NCBI GenBank assembly: GCA_963667015.2
Contig: CAXXJJ010000004.1
Location: 1,664,001-1,728,000, forward strand
Reading direction: 5' to 3'
Source: Desulfatiglandales bacterium
Lineage (GTDB): Bacteria; Desulfobacterota; DSM-4660; Desulfatiglandales; HGW-15
DNA: 64,000 bases
The stretch's first letter is position 1; each line of letters opens with the position of its first letter. The position numbers were made by a program, and so were the translations under genes. Shown one piece after another: positions 30,481 to 40,911 of the stretch. The notes below the pieces were generated by a model. The model worked only from the letters and a program-made list of their open reading frames with translations. It was not told where the DNA came from and did not search any database.

Positions 30481-30717
30481 TTAACCCATCGCCTTTGTAA
30501 CGTAATCAACAGCGTCTTTTACTGTAGCAATCTTCTCTGCATCTTCATCAGGTATTGACACATCAAATTCTTCTTCCATAGCCATTATAAGCTCTACCTG
30601 ATCGAGAGAATCTGCACCAAGATCATCCACAAATGAAGCGGTGAGAACTACGTCATCCTCTGCAACATCCAACTGCTCACAGATAATATTTCTGATTTTT
30701 CCTTCGATATCTGACAT
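30481..30717 (-). CDS. acpP: Acyl carrier protein
   Basis: DLGADSLD phosphopantetheine site; acidic 78 aa. Confidence 0.97.
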   Translation of the reverse strand: MSDIEGKIRNIICEQLDVAEDDVVLTASFVDDLGADSLDQVELIMAMEEEFDVSIPDEDAEKIATVKDAVDYVTKAMG

Positions 30718-30778
30718 TAACTTGTCCCTCCTTAAAATAGTTTAAAAAATACTATAAAAAATTTATACTCAATATGAC

Positions 30779-31525
30779 CTACATATACAGGCCGCCATTA
30801 ACATGAATAATTTGCCCTGTTATGTAGGAAGCTGACTCTGAACAGAGCCAGTAAACTGTTTCAGCCACATCCTGAACGGTTCCAAGCCTGCCGAGCGGTA
30901 TCTGCGCAAGGTAGGATTCTATTACCTTTTCAGGAAGTGCGTCTGTCATTTCAGTCTGGATAAAACCCGGGGCAACCGCATTAACCGTGATACCCCTCGG
31001 CGCAACCTCTCTGGCTACAGCCTTGGTAAAGCCCGTTATGCCGGCCTTTGACGCTGAGTAATTGGCCTGCCCGGCAACGCCCATCTGACCTGATACCGAA
31101 GCTATATTTACGATTGAACCCTTTCGGTTCTTCATCATAGATCTGATTATTGTCTGGGTGCAATTGAAAATACTTTTCAGATTAATATTTAAAACCATGT
31201 CCCAGTCCTTTTCGGACATTCTCATTAAAAGGGAATCTCTTGTAATACCGGCATTATTGATCAGGGTATCAACCCTTCCATATTTTTCAAGAATATTGCT
31301 GAAAAAGGTCTCCACATCTGATTTGGATGATACATCAACCTTAAAGCTCTCACACTTTATACCTTTTTCTTCAAGCATGGAAAGTGTCTCGTCAGAAGCA
31401 GATTCATCCGGATCATAATGTGCAATGAGGATTATAGGGTTCTCTTCTGCAAACTTCAGCGCTATTGACCGGCCTATGCCTTTCGAACCTCCAGTGATAA
31501 CAACCACTCTCTGTGAATTTTCCAT
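30779..31525 (-). CDS. fabG: 3-oxoacyl-ACP reductase
   Basis: TGGSKGIG, NNAGITRD, YSASK, VNGG; synteny with acpP. Confidence 0.94.
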   Translation of the reverse strand: MENSQRVVVITGGSKGIGRSIALKFAEENPIILIAHYDPDESASDETLSMLEEKGIKCESFKVDVSSKSDVETFFSNILEKYGRVDTLINNAGITRDSLLMRMSEKDWDMVLNINLKSIFNCTQTIIRSMMKNRKGSIVNIASVSGQMGVAGQANYSASKAGITGFTKAVAREVAPRGITVNAVAPGFIQTEMTDALPEKVIESYLAQIPLGRLGTVQDVAETVYWLCSESASYITGQIIHVNGGLYM

Positions 31526-31564
31526 TTTTTCTCCGCATTATGAATGATCAAAAATGCCTCAGGA

Positions 31565-32548
31565 TCACATAAGATTGTAATTCCTCAGACTTTTCAAAAG
31601 CTTTTCGCCCGTATTATTTTCGACATAACTGCACGCCATTCCAATGGCGTTTTTTATAGCTTTTTCAGAGGAATGTCCATGGCAGACTATACAGACGCCG
31701 TTAATCCCCAGTACAGGGGCTCCTCCATACTGTGCATAATCCAGACTCTCCATAAACTCATTAAGAAAACTATTTTCTGAGATATCACCTGCTTTTTTCT
31801 CAAGGCCGCTGATAAATCTGGCGGCTATTGATTCGGCCAGCCCTTCCGAATATTTCAGGATAATATTTCCTATAAACCCGTCACAGACGACGATCTGAAC
31901 CTTTCCACTTAAAATATCCCGGCCTTCGATGTTTCCGTAGAAGTTTAACGGGCTGTTCTTAAACAAATCATAGGCCGATTTCACCTGTTCATTACCCTTC
32001 CCAGGTTCTTCCCCAATATTTAAAAGCCCTATTTTAGGGTCATTGAAACCGAGACATGAAACAGCAAAGGCTTCAGCCATAACGCCGAATTGAAAGAGAT
32101 GAACAGGACGGCAATCAACGTTGCCCCCCACGTCAATTACAATTACATCTCCCCTTTCGCCCGGTAAAATACTGGCCAGTGCCGGCCTTTCAACTCCCTT
32201 AATTTTTCCGGAAGCCAGGATTCCTGCTACTATCGTTGCGCCCGAATTCCCGGCACTCACAACAGCATCGGCTTTTCCTGATTTTAAAAGTCCAAAAGCC
32301 ACCCTGATGGATGAGTCTTTTTTATTTTTATATGCCTTCATAGGAGGCTCACCCATGTCTACAACTTCACTGCAGTTATAAACCGTCACACCTTCTTGAA
32401 TAATACCGTTTTCAAGGTATGGAGTTATAGCGGTCGAGTCCCCTACAAGAATGATATTGCATTTTAACTCTTCACAAGCCTGAAGAGCCCCATGAACGAC
32501 CACCTCGGGAGCATTATCACCTCCCATGGCATCCACGGCAATAATCAT
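31565..32548 (-). CDS. plsX: Phosphate acyltransferase PlsX
   Basis: VDAMGGD, SAGNSG, LNIGEE..KG, CDGFIGN, HGHS. Confidence 0.96.
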   Translation of the reverse strand: MIIAVDAMGGDNAPEVVVHGALQACEELKCNIILVGDSTAITPYLENGIIQEGVTVYNCSEVVDMGEPPMKAYKNKKDSSIRVAFGLLKSGKADAVVSAGNSGATIVAGILASGKIKGVERPALASILPGERGDVIVIDVGGNVDCRPVHLFQFGVMAEAFAVSCLGFNDPKIGLLNIGEEPGKGNEQVKSAYDLFKNSPLNFYGNIEGRDILSGKVQIVVCDGFIGNIILKYSEGLAESIAARFISGLEKKAGDISENSFLNEFMESLDYAQYGGAPVLGINGVCIVCHGHSSEKAIKNAIGMACSYVENNTGEKLLKSLRNYNLM

Positions 32549-32549
32549 T

Positions 32550-32735
32550 CTATATCTCTTCTTCAGTCTCTATTATTGTTTTCCCCTTGTAGGAACCGCA
32601 ATTTTTACATACATGATGAGATAATACCGGCTCATGGCACTGGGGGCAAGAAGATACGTTTGGCATACTGATATGATCGTGGGCTCTACGCATATCCCTT
32701 TTTGATTTTGATTTTTTCTTTTTTGGTACTGCCAT
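32550..32735 (-). CDS. rpmF: 50S ribosomal protein L32
   Basis: MAVPKKK.S, CPQC...[10 protein letters not shown]. Confidence 0.97.
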   Translation of the reverse strand: MAVPKKKKSKSKRDMRRAHDHISMPNVSSCPQCHEPVLSHHVCKNCGSYKGKTIIETEEEI

Positions 32736-32755
32736 TTACTTTATTCCCACTCCTT

Positions 32756-33283
32756 CTAGTTTTTTAATTTATTAAGTTTTGCAAAACCGGGATGTCCCTC
32801 TTCCCTGGTACATTCACAGGTCTTTTCATTCAGGCGACACCCGCATTTTGCACATAATCCCAGACAATTACTCCTGCACAGACATTTTATAGGCAAAGAA
32901 AGATAAAGCTGTTCTCTGATTATCCCATGCAGGTCGACTTCATCATCGCTGATAAAAACAACCTCCATATCTTCTTCCATCAATTCCAGCTCAACCTTTT
33001 CCACATTCTCCGGTGCCGGGATCAAAAAGGAGTTAAATTCAGACTCTACTTCCTGACTGTATGAATCAAGACATCTGTCACAGACAACCTTCAATGCTCC
33101 TTTAAAGACACCATTAAGAACGTATTTTTGCTCAACCCTGTAAATTTCTATTTTAACATTTATCGGTGAATCAATTGCCTCTATCTGATCATTGTTTTTT
33201 TCAGGAGCCCACCAATCCCTTTCAAGGGTAAATTCAAATGTTTTTATCCCTTCACCGGGAATTGATTTAAGGTCGATTATCAT
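32756..33283 (-). CDS. yceD: DUF177/YceD family protein
   Basis: CDRCL, LPIKCLCRSNCLGLCAKCG, PGFAKL; directly upstream of rpmF. Confidence 0.9.
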   Translation of the reverse strand: MIIDLKSIPGEGIKTFEFTLERDWWAPEKNNDQIEAIDSPINVKIEIYRVEQKYVLNGVFKGALKVVCDRCLDSYSQEVESEFNSFLIPAPENVEKVELELMEEDMEVVFISDDEVDLHGIIREQLYLSLPIKCLCRSNCLGLCAKCGCRLNEKTCECTREEGHPGFAKLNKLKN

Positions 33284-33482
33284 CTGACTATATTATTCTT
33301 TTATCAAGTAAAAACAAAGGCTTTAAATAAAATTATTTATCACCTGAGTTTTCTGTAAAAAATTAAAATGTGCAGTATATATTAGAACACCAGTTTGTCA
33401 AGTATTTTAAGTCACATACAAATGCAGGCATTCAGATGGAAGGTGGTGCCGGTTTAAAAATAACAACAGGTTACAAATAGAA

Positions 33483-33518
33483 ACACCACCTGCCTGAGAT
33501 ACCTCGGGCAGGTGGTGT
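33483..33518 (-). terminator. Rho-independent terminator after flgM
   Basis: 16-bp stem ACACCACCTGCCTGAG/CTCGGGCAGGTGGTGT with one mismatch; T-rich tail on the minus strand. Confidence 0.75.
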
Positions 33519-33535
33519 ATTTGCTTTTAAATTAC

Positions 33536-33847
33536 TTATACAATATTTTCAATGGAATCGTTTAATACCTTTTTAGCAATCTCTTTTGAATCTACATTAT
33601 AGGCATCATTCTGTACCATCATTTTAAGTTCTTCTACTTTTTCAGCCCTTTCACGGGGAATATTTTCCATTTTTTCAGCTGCTTTACTAAACTCAACAGA
33701 AGTGTTGGAAATATCTACCTTGGTACCTTTATCAAATTCCTTCTCCGCCGCCTGACCGCTTACATTTCCGGCTTCTTTCAGCCTGCTTTGAGTGGAATCA
33801 AGATTCCCAACCTGACTCATATTATTCGATATTTCATTTACTTTCAT
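33536..33847 (-). CDS. flgM: Anti-sigma28 factor FlgM
   Basis: KVDIS...RAEKVEELKMMVQNDAYNVDSKEIAKKV FlgM signature. Confidence 0.88.
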   Translation of the reverse strand: MKVNEISNNMSQVGNLDSTQSRLKEAGNVSGQAAEKEFDKGTKVDISNTSVEFSKAAEKMENIPRERAEKVEELKMMVQNDAYNVDSKEIAKKVLNDSIENIV

Positions 33848-33897
33848 TTTGGCCCCCTTAAAGATCTGAAAACAGACCTATACTATAGGAAATCCTG

Positions 33898-34116
33898 TTA
33901 TTCCTCATTCGTCTGCGTATTATTACCGGTAAGTTGAGTCACAATCTTATCAGTCATTTTTCTGAGCACGTCTTTTTGACGAGCTTCACCTGATATACTT
34001 ATAACATCAACAGGTTTTTTCTTTACTAATGTGCCCTCACCGGCAATCACTGCCTTTTTCTTAAGCTGATTGCCGTATATTCTGAGCACATTTCTTATCT
34101 GGTAAGTAGTGATCAA
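33898..34116 (-). CDS. FlgM-associated small protein (DVU0524-like)
   Basis: MITTYQIRNVLRIYGNQL...DVISISGEAR; TTG start with GGAGG RBS; upstream of flgM. Confidence 0.7.
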   Translation of the reverse strand: MITTYQIRNVLRIYGNQLKKKAVIAGEGTLVKKKPVDVISISGEARQKDVLRKMTDKIVTQLTGNNTQTNEE

Positions 34117-34137
34117 AATACGTTGCCTCCACTTACC

Positions 34138-34164
34138 CGATCGGCAGAGTGTGTGTGTTACTTA
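34138..34164 (-). promoter_or_regulatory. Sigma28 (FliA) promoter, proximal
   Basis: Minus strand TAAG-N15-GCCGATCG against consensus TAAA-N15-GCCGATAA. Confidence 0.75.
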
Positions 34165-34195
34165 AATATTTTTTTCAAAAAAATAACCAGGAAAG

Positions 34196-34231
34196 AAAAA
34201 AGAGGAGTACCACCTGTTAAAGGGGTCTCCT
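34196..34231 (-). terminator. Probable terminator of the FleQ-like gene
   Basis: Minus strand AGGAG-ACC-CCT-(TTAAC)-AGG-T-GGT-A-CTCCT followed by CTTTTTT. Confidence 0.55.
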
Positions 34232-34233
34232 TT

Positions 34234-34260
34234 CCATCGGCCCGGGGTTAATAAATCTTA
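34234..34260 (-). promoter_or_regulatory. Sigma28 (FliA) promoter, distal
   Basis: Minus strand TAAG-N15-GCCGATGG. Confidence 0.65.
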
Positions 34261-34291
34261 ATTTATATTAAAAATTTATCACCTACATATA

Positions 34292-35686
34292 CTAACTGGC
34301 CGCACTACGAGGTTTTTCTATCCCCTGTTTTTTAATCTTCTCTACGAGTGTGGTTCTGTTCATATTCAGAAGCTTAGCAGCCCTGTTTTTAACCCAGTCC
34401 GCTTTTTCCAGTGCCCTGATGATAAGAAGCCTTTCATACTCATTGATGGCATTGTTGAGCGAAAAACCGTCATCCGGTATCATTGACGGGCCTACGTCCT
34501 CGCTCCTCTGTTTTTGAAGTATCTTGTCAGGAACATCCTGCATAGTCAGCTCGTCGGCATCCGTAAGGATGATCATTCGTTCAATAATATTTTCAAGCTC
34601 TCTTACATTTCCCGGCCAGTCATAATTCATAAAGGCCTTGATTACATCCTTTGATATGCCTTTTATTTCCTTACCCCGTGTTCTAATCATATGGTCCATA
34701 AAATGGTGGATAAGCAATGGAATATCAGAGCGCCGGTCTCTCAAGGGCGGAATCTCTATGGGAATAACCCTTAATCTATAATAGAGGTCTTCCCTGAATT
34801 CATTTTCAAGGACGAGTTTATCCAGATCTTTGTTTGTAGCGGCGATTACCCTGATGTCACATTTTATAGTTTTGGTACCGCCAAGCCTTTCGAACTCCTG
34901 CTCCTGCAGGATACGGAGAAGTTTGACCTGAAGGTGGGGACTCATTTCGCCTATTTCATCGAGGAATATGGTTCCACCATTCGACATCTCAAATCTTCCT
35001 ATACGGGTCCTTATGGCATTGGTAAAGGCTCCTTTTTCATGTCCAAAAAGCTCACTTTCCAGCAGATCCTCAGGAATAGCACCGCAATTTACAGGTATAA
35101 GCGGCTTATCACGCCGCATACTGTTATAATGAATGGCTTTGGCCACAAGTTCTTTTCCGGTCCCTGATTCACCAAGAATGAGCACGGTGCTGTCCGTATC
35201 AGCAACCTTTTCTATTACCCTGAAAACCCTATGCATCTCGGAACTGTCACCTATAAAGTTATCAAACTTGTATTTCTTTTTGAGCTGGTTTTTAAGGGCA
35301 ACATTTTCTCTTTTGATATCCCTGAATTCCAGCGCCCTGTTGATTACCATTATGACCTCTTCCATTTTTACCGGTTTGGCCAGATAATCAAAGGCACCTG
35401 ATTTCATCGCTTCTACTGCAGTTCGTATAGTGGCATATCCGGTGAGAATAATCCCGATGGTATCTATGGTGTGTTCAACCAGGTATTTGAGAACCTCCAT
35501 TCCATCGACTTTAGGCATATTTAAATCAATAAGGGCAATATCATAATAGTCCTGATCAATCATCTCGATGGCTTCTTCACCGTTTTGAGCTGTATCTACC
35601 TCAAAATCTTCAAGAGCCAGTATGTCTGAAAATGATTCTCTTATTTTTGATTCATCATCGACTACCAAAATTTTTGCTTTAGCCAT
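34292..35686 (-). CDS. Sigma54-dependent response regulator, FleQ/FlrA-like (REC-AAA-HTH)
   Basis: Intact receiver (VVDDE, IDLNMP, LAKP), [24 protein letters not shown] as in FleQ; next to flgM. Confidence 0.88.
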   Translation of the reverse strand: MAKAKILVVDDESKIRESFSDILALEDFEVDTAQNGEEAIEMIDQDYYDIALIDLNMPKVDGMEVLKYLVEHTIDTIGIILTGYATIRTAVEAMKSGAFDYLAKPVKMEEVIMVINRALEFRDIKRENVALKNQLKKKYKFDNFIGDSSEMHRVFRVIEKVADTDSTVLILGESGTGKELVAKAIHYNSMRRDKPLIPVNCGAIPEDLLESELFGHEKGAFTNAIRTRIGRFEMSNGGTIFLDEIGEMSPHLQVKLLRILQEQEFERLGGTKTIKCDIRVIAATNKDLDKLVLENEFREDLYYRLRVIPIEIPPLRDRRSDIPLLIHHFMDHMIRTRGKEIKGISKDVIKAFMNYDWPGNVRELENIIERMIILTDADELTMQDVPDKILQKQRSEDVGPSMIPDDGFSLNNAINEYERLLIIRALEKADWVKNRAAKLLNMNRTTLVEKIKKQGIEKPRSAAS

Positions 35687-35731
35687 TGATCACTCTCCTG
35701 AACCAGATGGTGTCTTTTTCAATAATATAAC

Positions 35732-35984
35732 GCCAATATTTTGGCTATAGTTATACGAATGTCAATATTTTAACTTCATTTTTTAAAATATCAATCTTTT
35801 TTTTTAATTTATTAAGGCAACTAAAAAAGTTTAAACTGAATATGCGCAATAATTTATTAATACATTAAACATTCATACCATTTGCTGTGATTAATCTACT
35901 ATATTCTGTATTTATTCTACCTCTAAATTTAATAGTAATTATTTATTGATTTGCAGGAATCACAGCTCTCGTCAATTAGTTGAC
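35732..35984. promoter_or_regulatory. Three FleQ-box-like palindromes upstream of the FleQ-like gene
   Basis: GCCAATATTTTGGC (35732-45), GTCAATATTTTAAC (35761-74), GTCAATTAGTTGAC (35971-84). Confidence 0.55.
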
Positions 35985-36106
35985 AGAAATCACCTTTACT
36001 GTACAAAATAGATTGCTGGTGTTATAAACATCCAGTCAAAAACATATCACCTGAAAACACATGCCGGTAGCACATAGAATAATTACTCATGGGGAGAATA
36101 GAATAA

Positions 36107-36826
36107 ATGCAACTTATTGAGGGTGTTAGATATAATCTACAGGGATTGAAAATAGGGCTTAAAACCCCTAAACTCCTTATGCTGGGTCTATTACGCTTTA
36201 TTGTCGTAATATTAGCAGCTATTGGTCTTGGAAGTATCATTCTCTTCTATCAGAATGATATAATTTCAGCAATATGGGTAAAACCTGAGAGTCTCTGGAT
36301 TATCTGGTTGTGGTATATGGTGTCATGGCTGATAACCATCATCCTTTTAATAATGTCCACTTTAATGTCCTACCTTATTTCACAGATTATCTTTGCCGTG
36401 GTAATCATGGACAAGATGTCAAGGATAACGGAAGGTATAAAGAAAGGACATATTACGGAACAGAATAATATATCCTATTTCAGGCAACTGATATTTTTGG
36501 TTAAACAGGAAATCCCAAGAGCAATCATCCCTGTGATGATATTAATAATATTTTCGATAATAGGATGGCTGACTCCCATTGGTCCAGTCCTTACTGTAAT
36601 TACCTCAATTCTTGCAGCCGCGTTTCTTTCATGGGACAATACAGACCTTGTTCCTGCCAGGCGTTTTGTCGTATTCAGAAAACGTTTCGGATTTTTTACC
36701 CGAAATTTCTCGTTCCATGCCGGATTTGGCCTGCTGTTCCTTATCCCTGTTTTCAATATCCTGAGCCTCTCATTTGCACCCATAGGGGCGACTTTATATT
36801 ATCTGGATAAAGAAGAAAAAGAATGA
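36107..36826 (+). CDS. EI24/CysZ-family membrane protein
   Basis: Hydrophobic helices, MDKMSRITE, WDNTD..PARR, FLIPVFNILSLSFAPIGATL. Confidence 0.75.
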   Translation: MQLIEGVRYNLQGLKIGLKTPKLLMLGLLRFIVVILAAIGLGSIILFYQNDIISAIWVKPESLWIIWLWYMVSWLITIILLIMSTLMSYLISQIIFAVVIMDKMSRITEGIKKGHITEQNNISYFRQLIFLVKQEIPRAIIPVMILIIFSIIGWLTPIGPVLTVITSILAAAFLSWDNTDLVPARRFVVFRKRFGFFTRNFSFHAGFGLLFLIPVFNILSLSFAPIGATLYYLDKEEKE

Positions 36827-36844
36827 TTCTCGGATCTTTCTCTG

Positions 36845-37585
36845 TCAGCAGCAGATTTTTTCAGGGTCTTCCATCAGGTCGTTAAGGATATTAATCAGGC
36901 TTTCAGGGTCAAATGGTTTTTTAAGGATGCCGTTAACGCAGTGGGCCTTCAATTTTTTTAGTGCATTACCCTCGGAATCCGCATATGCAGTTACGATAAT
37001 TGTAGGAAGAGCTACTCCCTTTTCCTTTAGAGACTGGAACGTTTCAAGACCGTTTAGTATGGGCATCCGCAGATCAAGTATAAGAATATCAACATCACCC
37101 TTTTGAACGCGCTCAACAGCCTCGCTCCCATCACTGGCCTGATATACCATAAAACCTTCATCTTGCAGTACATCCTTCAGGTTATTTACAAAATCAGGAT
37201 CATCATCTGCAATCAGTATTCCTGTTGGAGAGACCTTTTTAACCATACCCAGGATTTCATCCATATCCAGCGGCTTATGAAGAACTCCCCATGCACCGTT
37301 TTCAACCGCCTGATTTAAAAGTTCCTCAACACTGTACCCTGTCATCATTATTATTTTGGTATTAGGCCGTATTTTTTGAATCTCCATAAAACATTCAACA
37401 CCGTTTTTCCCTGACATTCTTATATCCATAAAGGTCAGGTCAAATTCTCTTTCTATGAATTTTTCGATAGCAGCTTCTCCGTCATGCGCAATTTCACAGT
37501 TGTGACCTTCCATCTCAAAGATATCCGCAAGGCTCTCAGCAAAATCAATATCATCGTCAACAATAAAAATATTCAGACTATTCAT
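36845..37585 (-). CDS. Response regulator with two receiver domains and no output domain
   Basis: REC1 IVDDD/FMDIRM/HKP; REC2 IADDD/ILDLRMP/KKP. Confidence 0.9.
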   Translation of the reverse strand: MNSLNIFIVDDDIDFAESLADIFEMEGHNCEIAHDGEAAIEKFIEREFDLTFMDIRMSGKNGVECFMEIQKIRPNTKIIMMTGYSVEELLNQAVENGAWGVLHKPLDMDEILGMVKKVSPTGILIADDDPDFVNNLKDVLQDEGFMVYQASDGSEAVERVQKGDVDILILDLRMPILNGLETFQSLKEKGVALPTIIVTAYADSEGNALKKLKAHCVNGILKKPFDPESLINILNDLMEDPEKICC

Positions 37586-37624
37586 AATTAATTCTCCAGA
37601 TAATATCCTTATAATAATTTTCTA

Positions 37625-40600
37625 TTAAAGAGGTATTGTAATTTTGACAGAAGCACCCCTTTGAGGTTCACCAGTTATATCCATATTCCATCCGTGCTGC
37701 TCTATTATCTGCCGTGTAATTGGAATTCCCAGACCAACTCCATATGTTTTGGTGCTGTAAAGCGGCTCAAAAATTTTATTTTTATTTCCCATATCAAATC
37801 CCACGCCATTATCAGATATTTCAATTATTAAATTCTCCATATCCCCATTAGATACTATATGAACATAGCCGGGTTCATCAAGTCCTTTCTCCTGAATAGA
37901 CTGATAGGCATTAGTTAAAATATTCACTATACCCCGTCTAAAACGTTCCCGGTCCATATATATTTTAATATTTGAATTTAACTCTTTTTTAATGAAAATA
38001 CCTTTTGGTGGAGGTGTTTCATCAACCAGTTCGCTTAACCAGGCATCAATTAATGTAGGTTCCAGAAATAAATCCTGTGCCCGGGAATAATTCAATAATT
38101 CATCAATAATCAGATCACAACGTCTGATGTTTCTCTCAGCACGTTCCAGGGCTGTTACTACACTCTCATCCTGTCCTTTTAATCGTTGGCGGACAGAAAA
38201 AACAGAAGCCCGTACCGTTCCGAGTGGATTTCTTAATTCATGACTCACCGTAGCAGTCAACCTTCCAAGGGTTGCCATTTTTTCACTTAAGATAAGTTCT
38301 CTCTGGGCTTCCTTCAATTCTGCTGTTTGCTCATCAACCATCTTCTCTAGGTCTTTCCTGTAATTATCCAGTTCTGCATCGGTTTTCTCACGCATTATCG
38401 CGTTAGCAAAGATTTCGGCCACAAGCTTAAGCCTTCTGATCAGACCAGGAGTCCACTCCTTTTCATTTTCTATAGAAGAAATGGCCATACACCCCAGCAG
38501 TGTTTTTCGTGCAAAAAGCGGAAGCATGAGGATTGATTTAGTGCCATCTTTCAGAACCCTTTTCCCCCATTCCTTTATATCATCCGGGAGTAGATCATTG
38601 GGGCTGTCAATTTTTATATAATCCCCTCCATGAAAATATTTTTCGATCCCATATGCTGCTGGTATAGGATCTAATGAAAAGGGAGGAAGTTTTGGATCAA
38701 GATTCTGATTTGTATAGGTGCATATAAACCGAAAAAACGTGTAATTTTCCTGATATTCTCCTATACCGCATTTATCAACTTTCAAAAACTGAGAGAAGCG
38801 CTCCAGCCAGATATTAAGTTCATCTTTGATATTGTCAATTTTCACATTGATGAGTGCAGCTGAAAATTCCGAAACGAGCTCCTCAAATTTTAAACGTTCC
38901 TCCAGCTCTCTCCTTGCAGTGTTCAATTCGGTAATATCCCTGAAGAAACTGAAAACAATATCTTCACCAGGCAGAAAGCTACTGTTAATCTCAACATCAA
39001 TTATCTTTCCGTCTTTTCTGATGTGCCGGGAAAAATGGTGGAGCGAGCCTCTTTTTTTTATTCCTCTCCCCTCTCTATCTATTTTCTCGGGATTACCGGG
39101 AGCATCAATATCTGATATTTTGAGGTTTAACAATTCATCTCTGGTATAACCTGTCATGCGGCAATATTCATCATTTACAGCAAGGATATTCTGCTGTAAA
39201 TCCGATATCCAGAATCCTACACTGGCGTTTTTTATTATTGTTGTATATCGCTCCTCCAGCATTTTCCGGCGTTCGGTTTCTGAAGTAAGATGTTCATAAG
39301 CACGCATTCGAAGGATGGAATTGCCAATAATTTCGCCTATAAGCCTGACTCTTCTGACCAGCTCCCCGGGCCATTTGTGTTCCTGCCTGTAATTGATTAA
39401 TGTAAGGTTACCAAAGGCCTTATTTCCTGTTACAAGGGGAACAATTATAACTGATTTTGCGCCGGTCTTTTCAAACAACCCGCCGCGATACATTGGCGGC
39501 AGTTCTTCAGGTATCTTTTCCGCCCGTATTATTTTTCCCTTCTCAAGCTCTACAATTATATCCTCCGGCGTTTCATGATCCTCATCAATTGGAATATTTA
39601 TACCGGGGACCGTGTAATGCAGGGTTGTGTGGATATTATTATCTACCGTGGGATATTCGATGACCAATCCCCTGTCTATTCTCAGGGTTTCCACAAAATG
39701 CCTGAGCCAGAATTTAAGCTCATTTTTTATTTTATCAGGGCTGATATTTATAAGAGTCGCAGAGAACCTTGAAACAAGCTCTTCAAATTCAAGGCGCTCA
39801 GCCATATCTCTCTGAGCATTCTTGATATCCGTAATATCACGTACAAAGCTGAAGACAAGATTATCTTCTTTCCCAAACATACTGCTGCTTATCTCAACGT
39901 CAAACAGGCTTCCATCCTTTCTTCTATGTGAGGTTGTCAGGTGAATAGCTCCTTCCTCAATAGCGCGTTCCTTCTCTTTTTCAATCTTATCAGGATCCAT
40001 CGATGCATCAATTTCCCATGTTTTCTTCACTATTAATTCTTCACGGCTGTATCCTGACATTCGGCAATATTCGTCGTTTACATCGACTATTGAATGATCT
40101 TTCAGATTTATTATCATAAAACCCAGGTTTGAATTCTTTATTACTGATGAATAGGTCTCTTCCAGTAATTTCCGGTTCTCCATTGTCTCAAGAAGGAGCT
40201 GATGAGAACGTATTCTAAGGATTGCATTGACTATTATTTCTCCAATAAGTTTAATTCGCCTGACAATATCATCCGACCATATGCATCTATTTCTATAGGT
40301 AGCGAATAAGAGAGTTCCAACAACCCTGTTGTTCGATGAAAATGGAACAATGGCAACTGATTTAGCCTTAGTTTTCTCTACCATACCCCCACGAAAAACC
40401 TCAGGAAGATCCTCGGGAATCTTCCCGGCCTTGATTATTAAACCCTTTCTAAGTGTCTTTATTACTCCATCAGGAGGCTCATAAATATCCATAACAGGAT
40501 CAATATCAATCTCCGGGACAGTATAATCCATCAAACTATGGATTGTTTTTTCATCATCCATAAACTCGTTTACCATACACCTGTCCACTTCGAAAAACTC

Positions 40601-40807
40601 AACAAATTTTTTTAACCAGCTGCCTAATTCATTCTCCAGACTATCTTCCAGAGCACCTATAAGGGCCGCTGAAAAACCTGATATCAGGTTTTCGAACTTG
40701 AGAATATTTTCAGGATTCTTTTCATCAGTTATCCCTGAGGAAGAATCTGTGGAGACAATTGAATCAATATTTGAAGAAATTGCACTTTTGTCGACTTTTT
40801 CAGCCAT
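37625..40807 (-). CDS. Cytoplasmic sensor histidine kinase, (GAF-PAS)x2-GAF-HisKA-HATPase
   Basis: Three FE.L.S.FSA.LI GAF starts, two VNDEYCRM.GY...RKDG PAS domains; H-box SHELRNPL, NILTNA, DNGVG, GVGLG; no TM segment. Confidence 0.92.
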   Translation of the reverse strand: MAEKVDKSAISSNIDSIVSTDSSSGITDEKNPENILKFENLISGFSAALIGALEDSLENELGSWLKKFVEFFEVDRCMVNEFMDDEKTIHSLMDYTVPEIDIDPVMDIYEPPDGVIKTLRKGLIIKAGKIPEDLPEVFRGGMVEKTKAKSVAIVPFSSNNRVVGTLLFATYRNRCIWSDDIVRRIKLIGEIIVNAILRIRSHQLLLETMENRKLLEETYSSVIKNSNLGFMIINLKDHSIVDVNDEYCRMSGYSREELIVKKTWEIDASMDPDKIEKEKERAIEEGAIHLTTSHRRKDGSLFDVEISSSMFGKEDNLVFSFVRDITDIKNAQRDMAERLEFEELVSRFSATLINISPDKIKNELKFWLRHFVETLRIDRGLVIEYPTVDNNIHTTLHYTVPGINIPIDEDHETPEDIIVELEKGKIIRAEKIPEELPPMYRGGLFEKTGAKSVIIVPLVTGNKAFGNLTLINYRQEHKWPGELVRRVRLIGEIIGNSILRMRAYEHLTSETERRKMLEERYTTIIKNASVGFWISDLQQNILAVNDEYCRMTGYTRDELLNLKISDIDAPGNPEKIDREGRGIKKRGSLHHFSRHIRKDGKIIDVEINSSFLPGEDIVFSFFRDITELNTARRELEERLKFEELVSEFSAALINVKIDNIKDELNIWLERFSQFLKVDKCGIGEYQENYTFFRFICTYTNQNLDPKLPPFSLDPIPAAYGIEKYFHGGDYIKIDSPNDLLPDDIKEWGKRVLKDGTKSILMLPLFARKTLLGCMAISSIENEKEWTPGLIRRLKLVAEIFANAIMREKTDAELDNYRKDLEKMVDEQTAELKEAQRELILSEKMATLGRLTATVSHELRNPLGTVRASVFSVRQRLKGQDESVVTALERAERNIRRCDLIIDELLNYSRAQDLFLEPTLIDAWLSELVDETPPPKGIFIKKELNSNIKIYMDRERFRRGIVNILTNAYQSIQEKGLDEPGYVHIVSNGDMENLIIEISDNGVGFDMGNKNKIFEPLYSTKTYGVGLGIPITRQIIEQHGWNMDITGEPQRGASVKITIPL

Positions 40808-40911
40808 TCCCTATCCTTTTCTATTAAGGTTCCCTGCAATCTCCTCCGGGTAGATATAGCCGGTAAGCAGGTTAATCTTTTTCTGTTCAAAAAGAGATCT
40901 TTCTTCTCCCT

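Noticed and set aside
36845..36853. Response regulator ends Cys-Cys-TGA, a possible C-terminal Sec
   Set aside because: Read-through would run into the convergent EI24 gene within a few codons, and I see no convincing SECIS.
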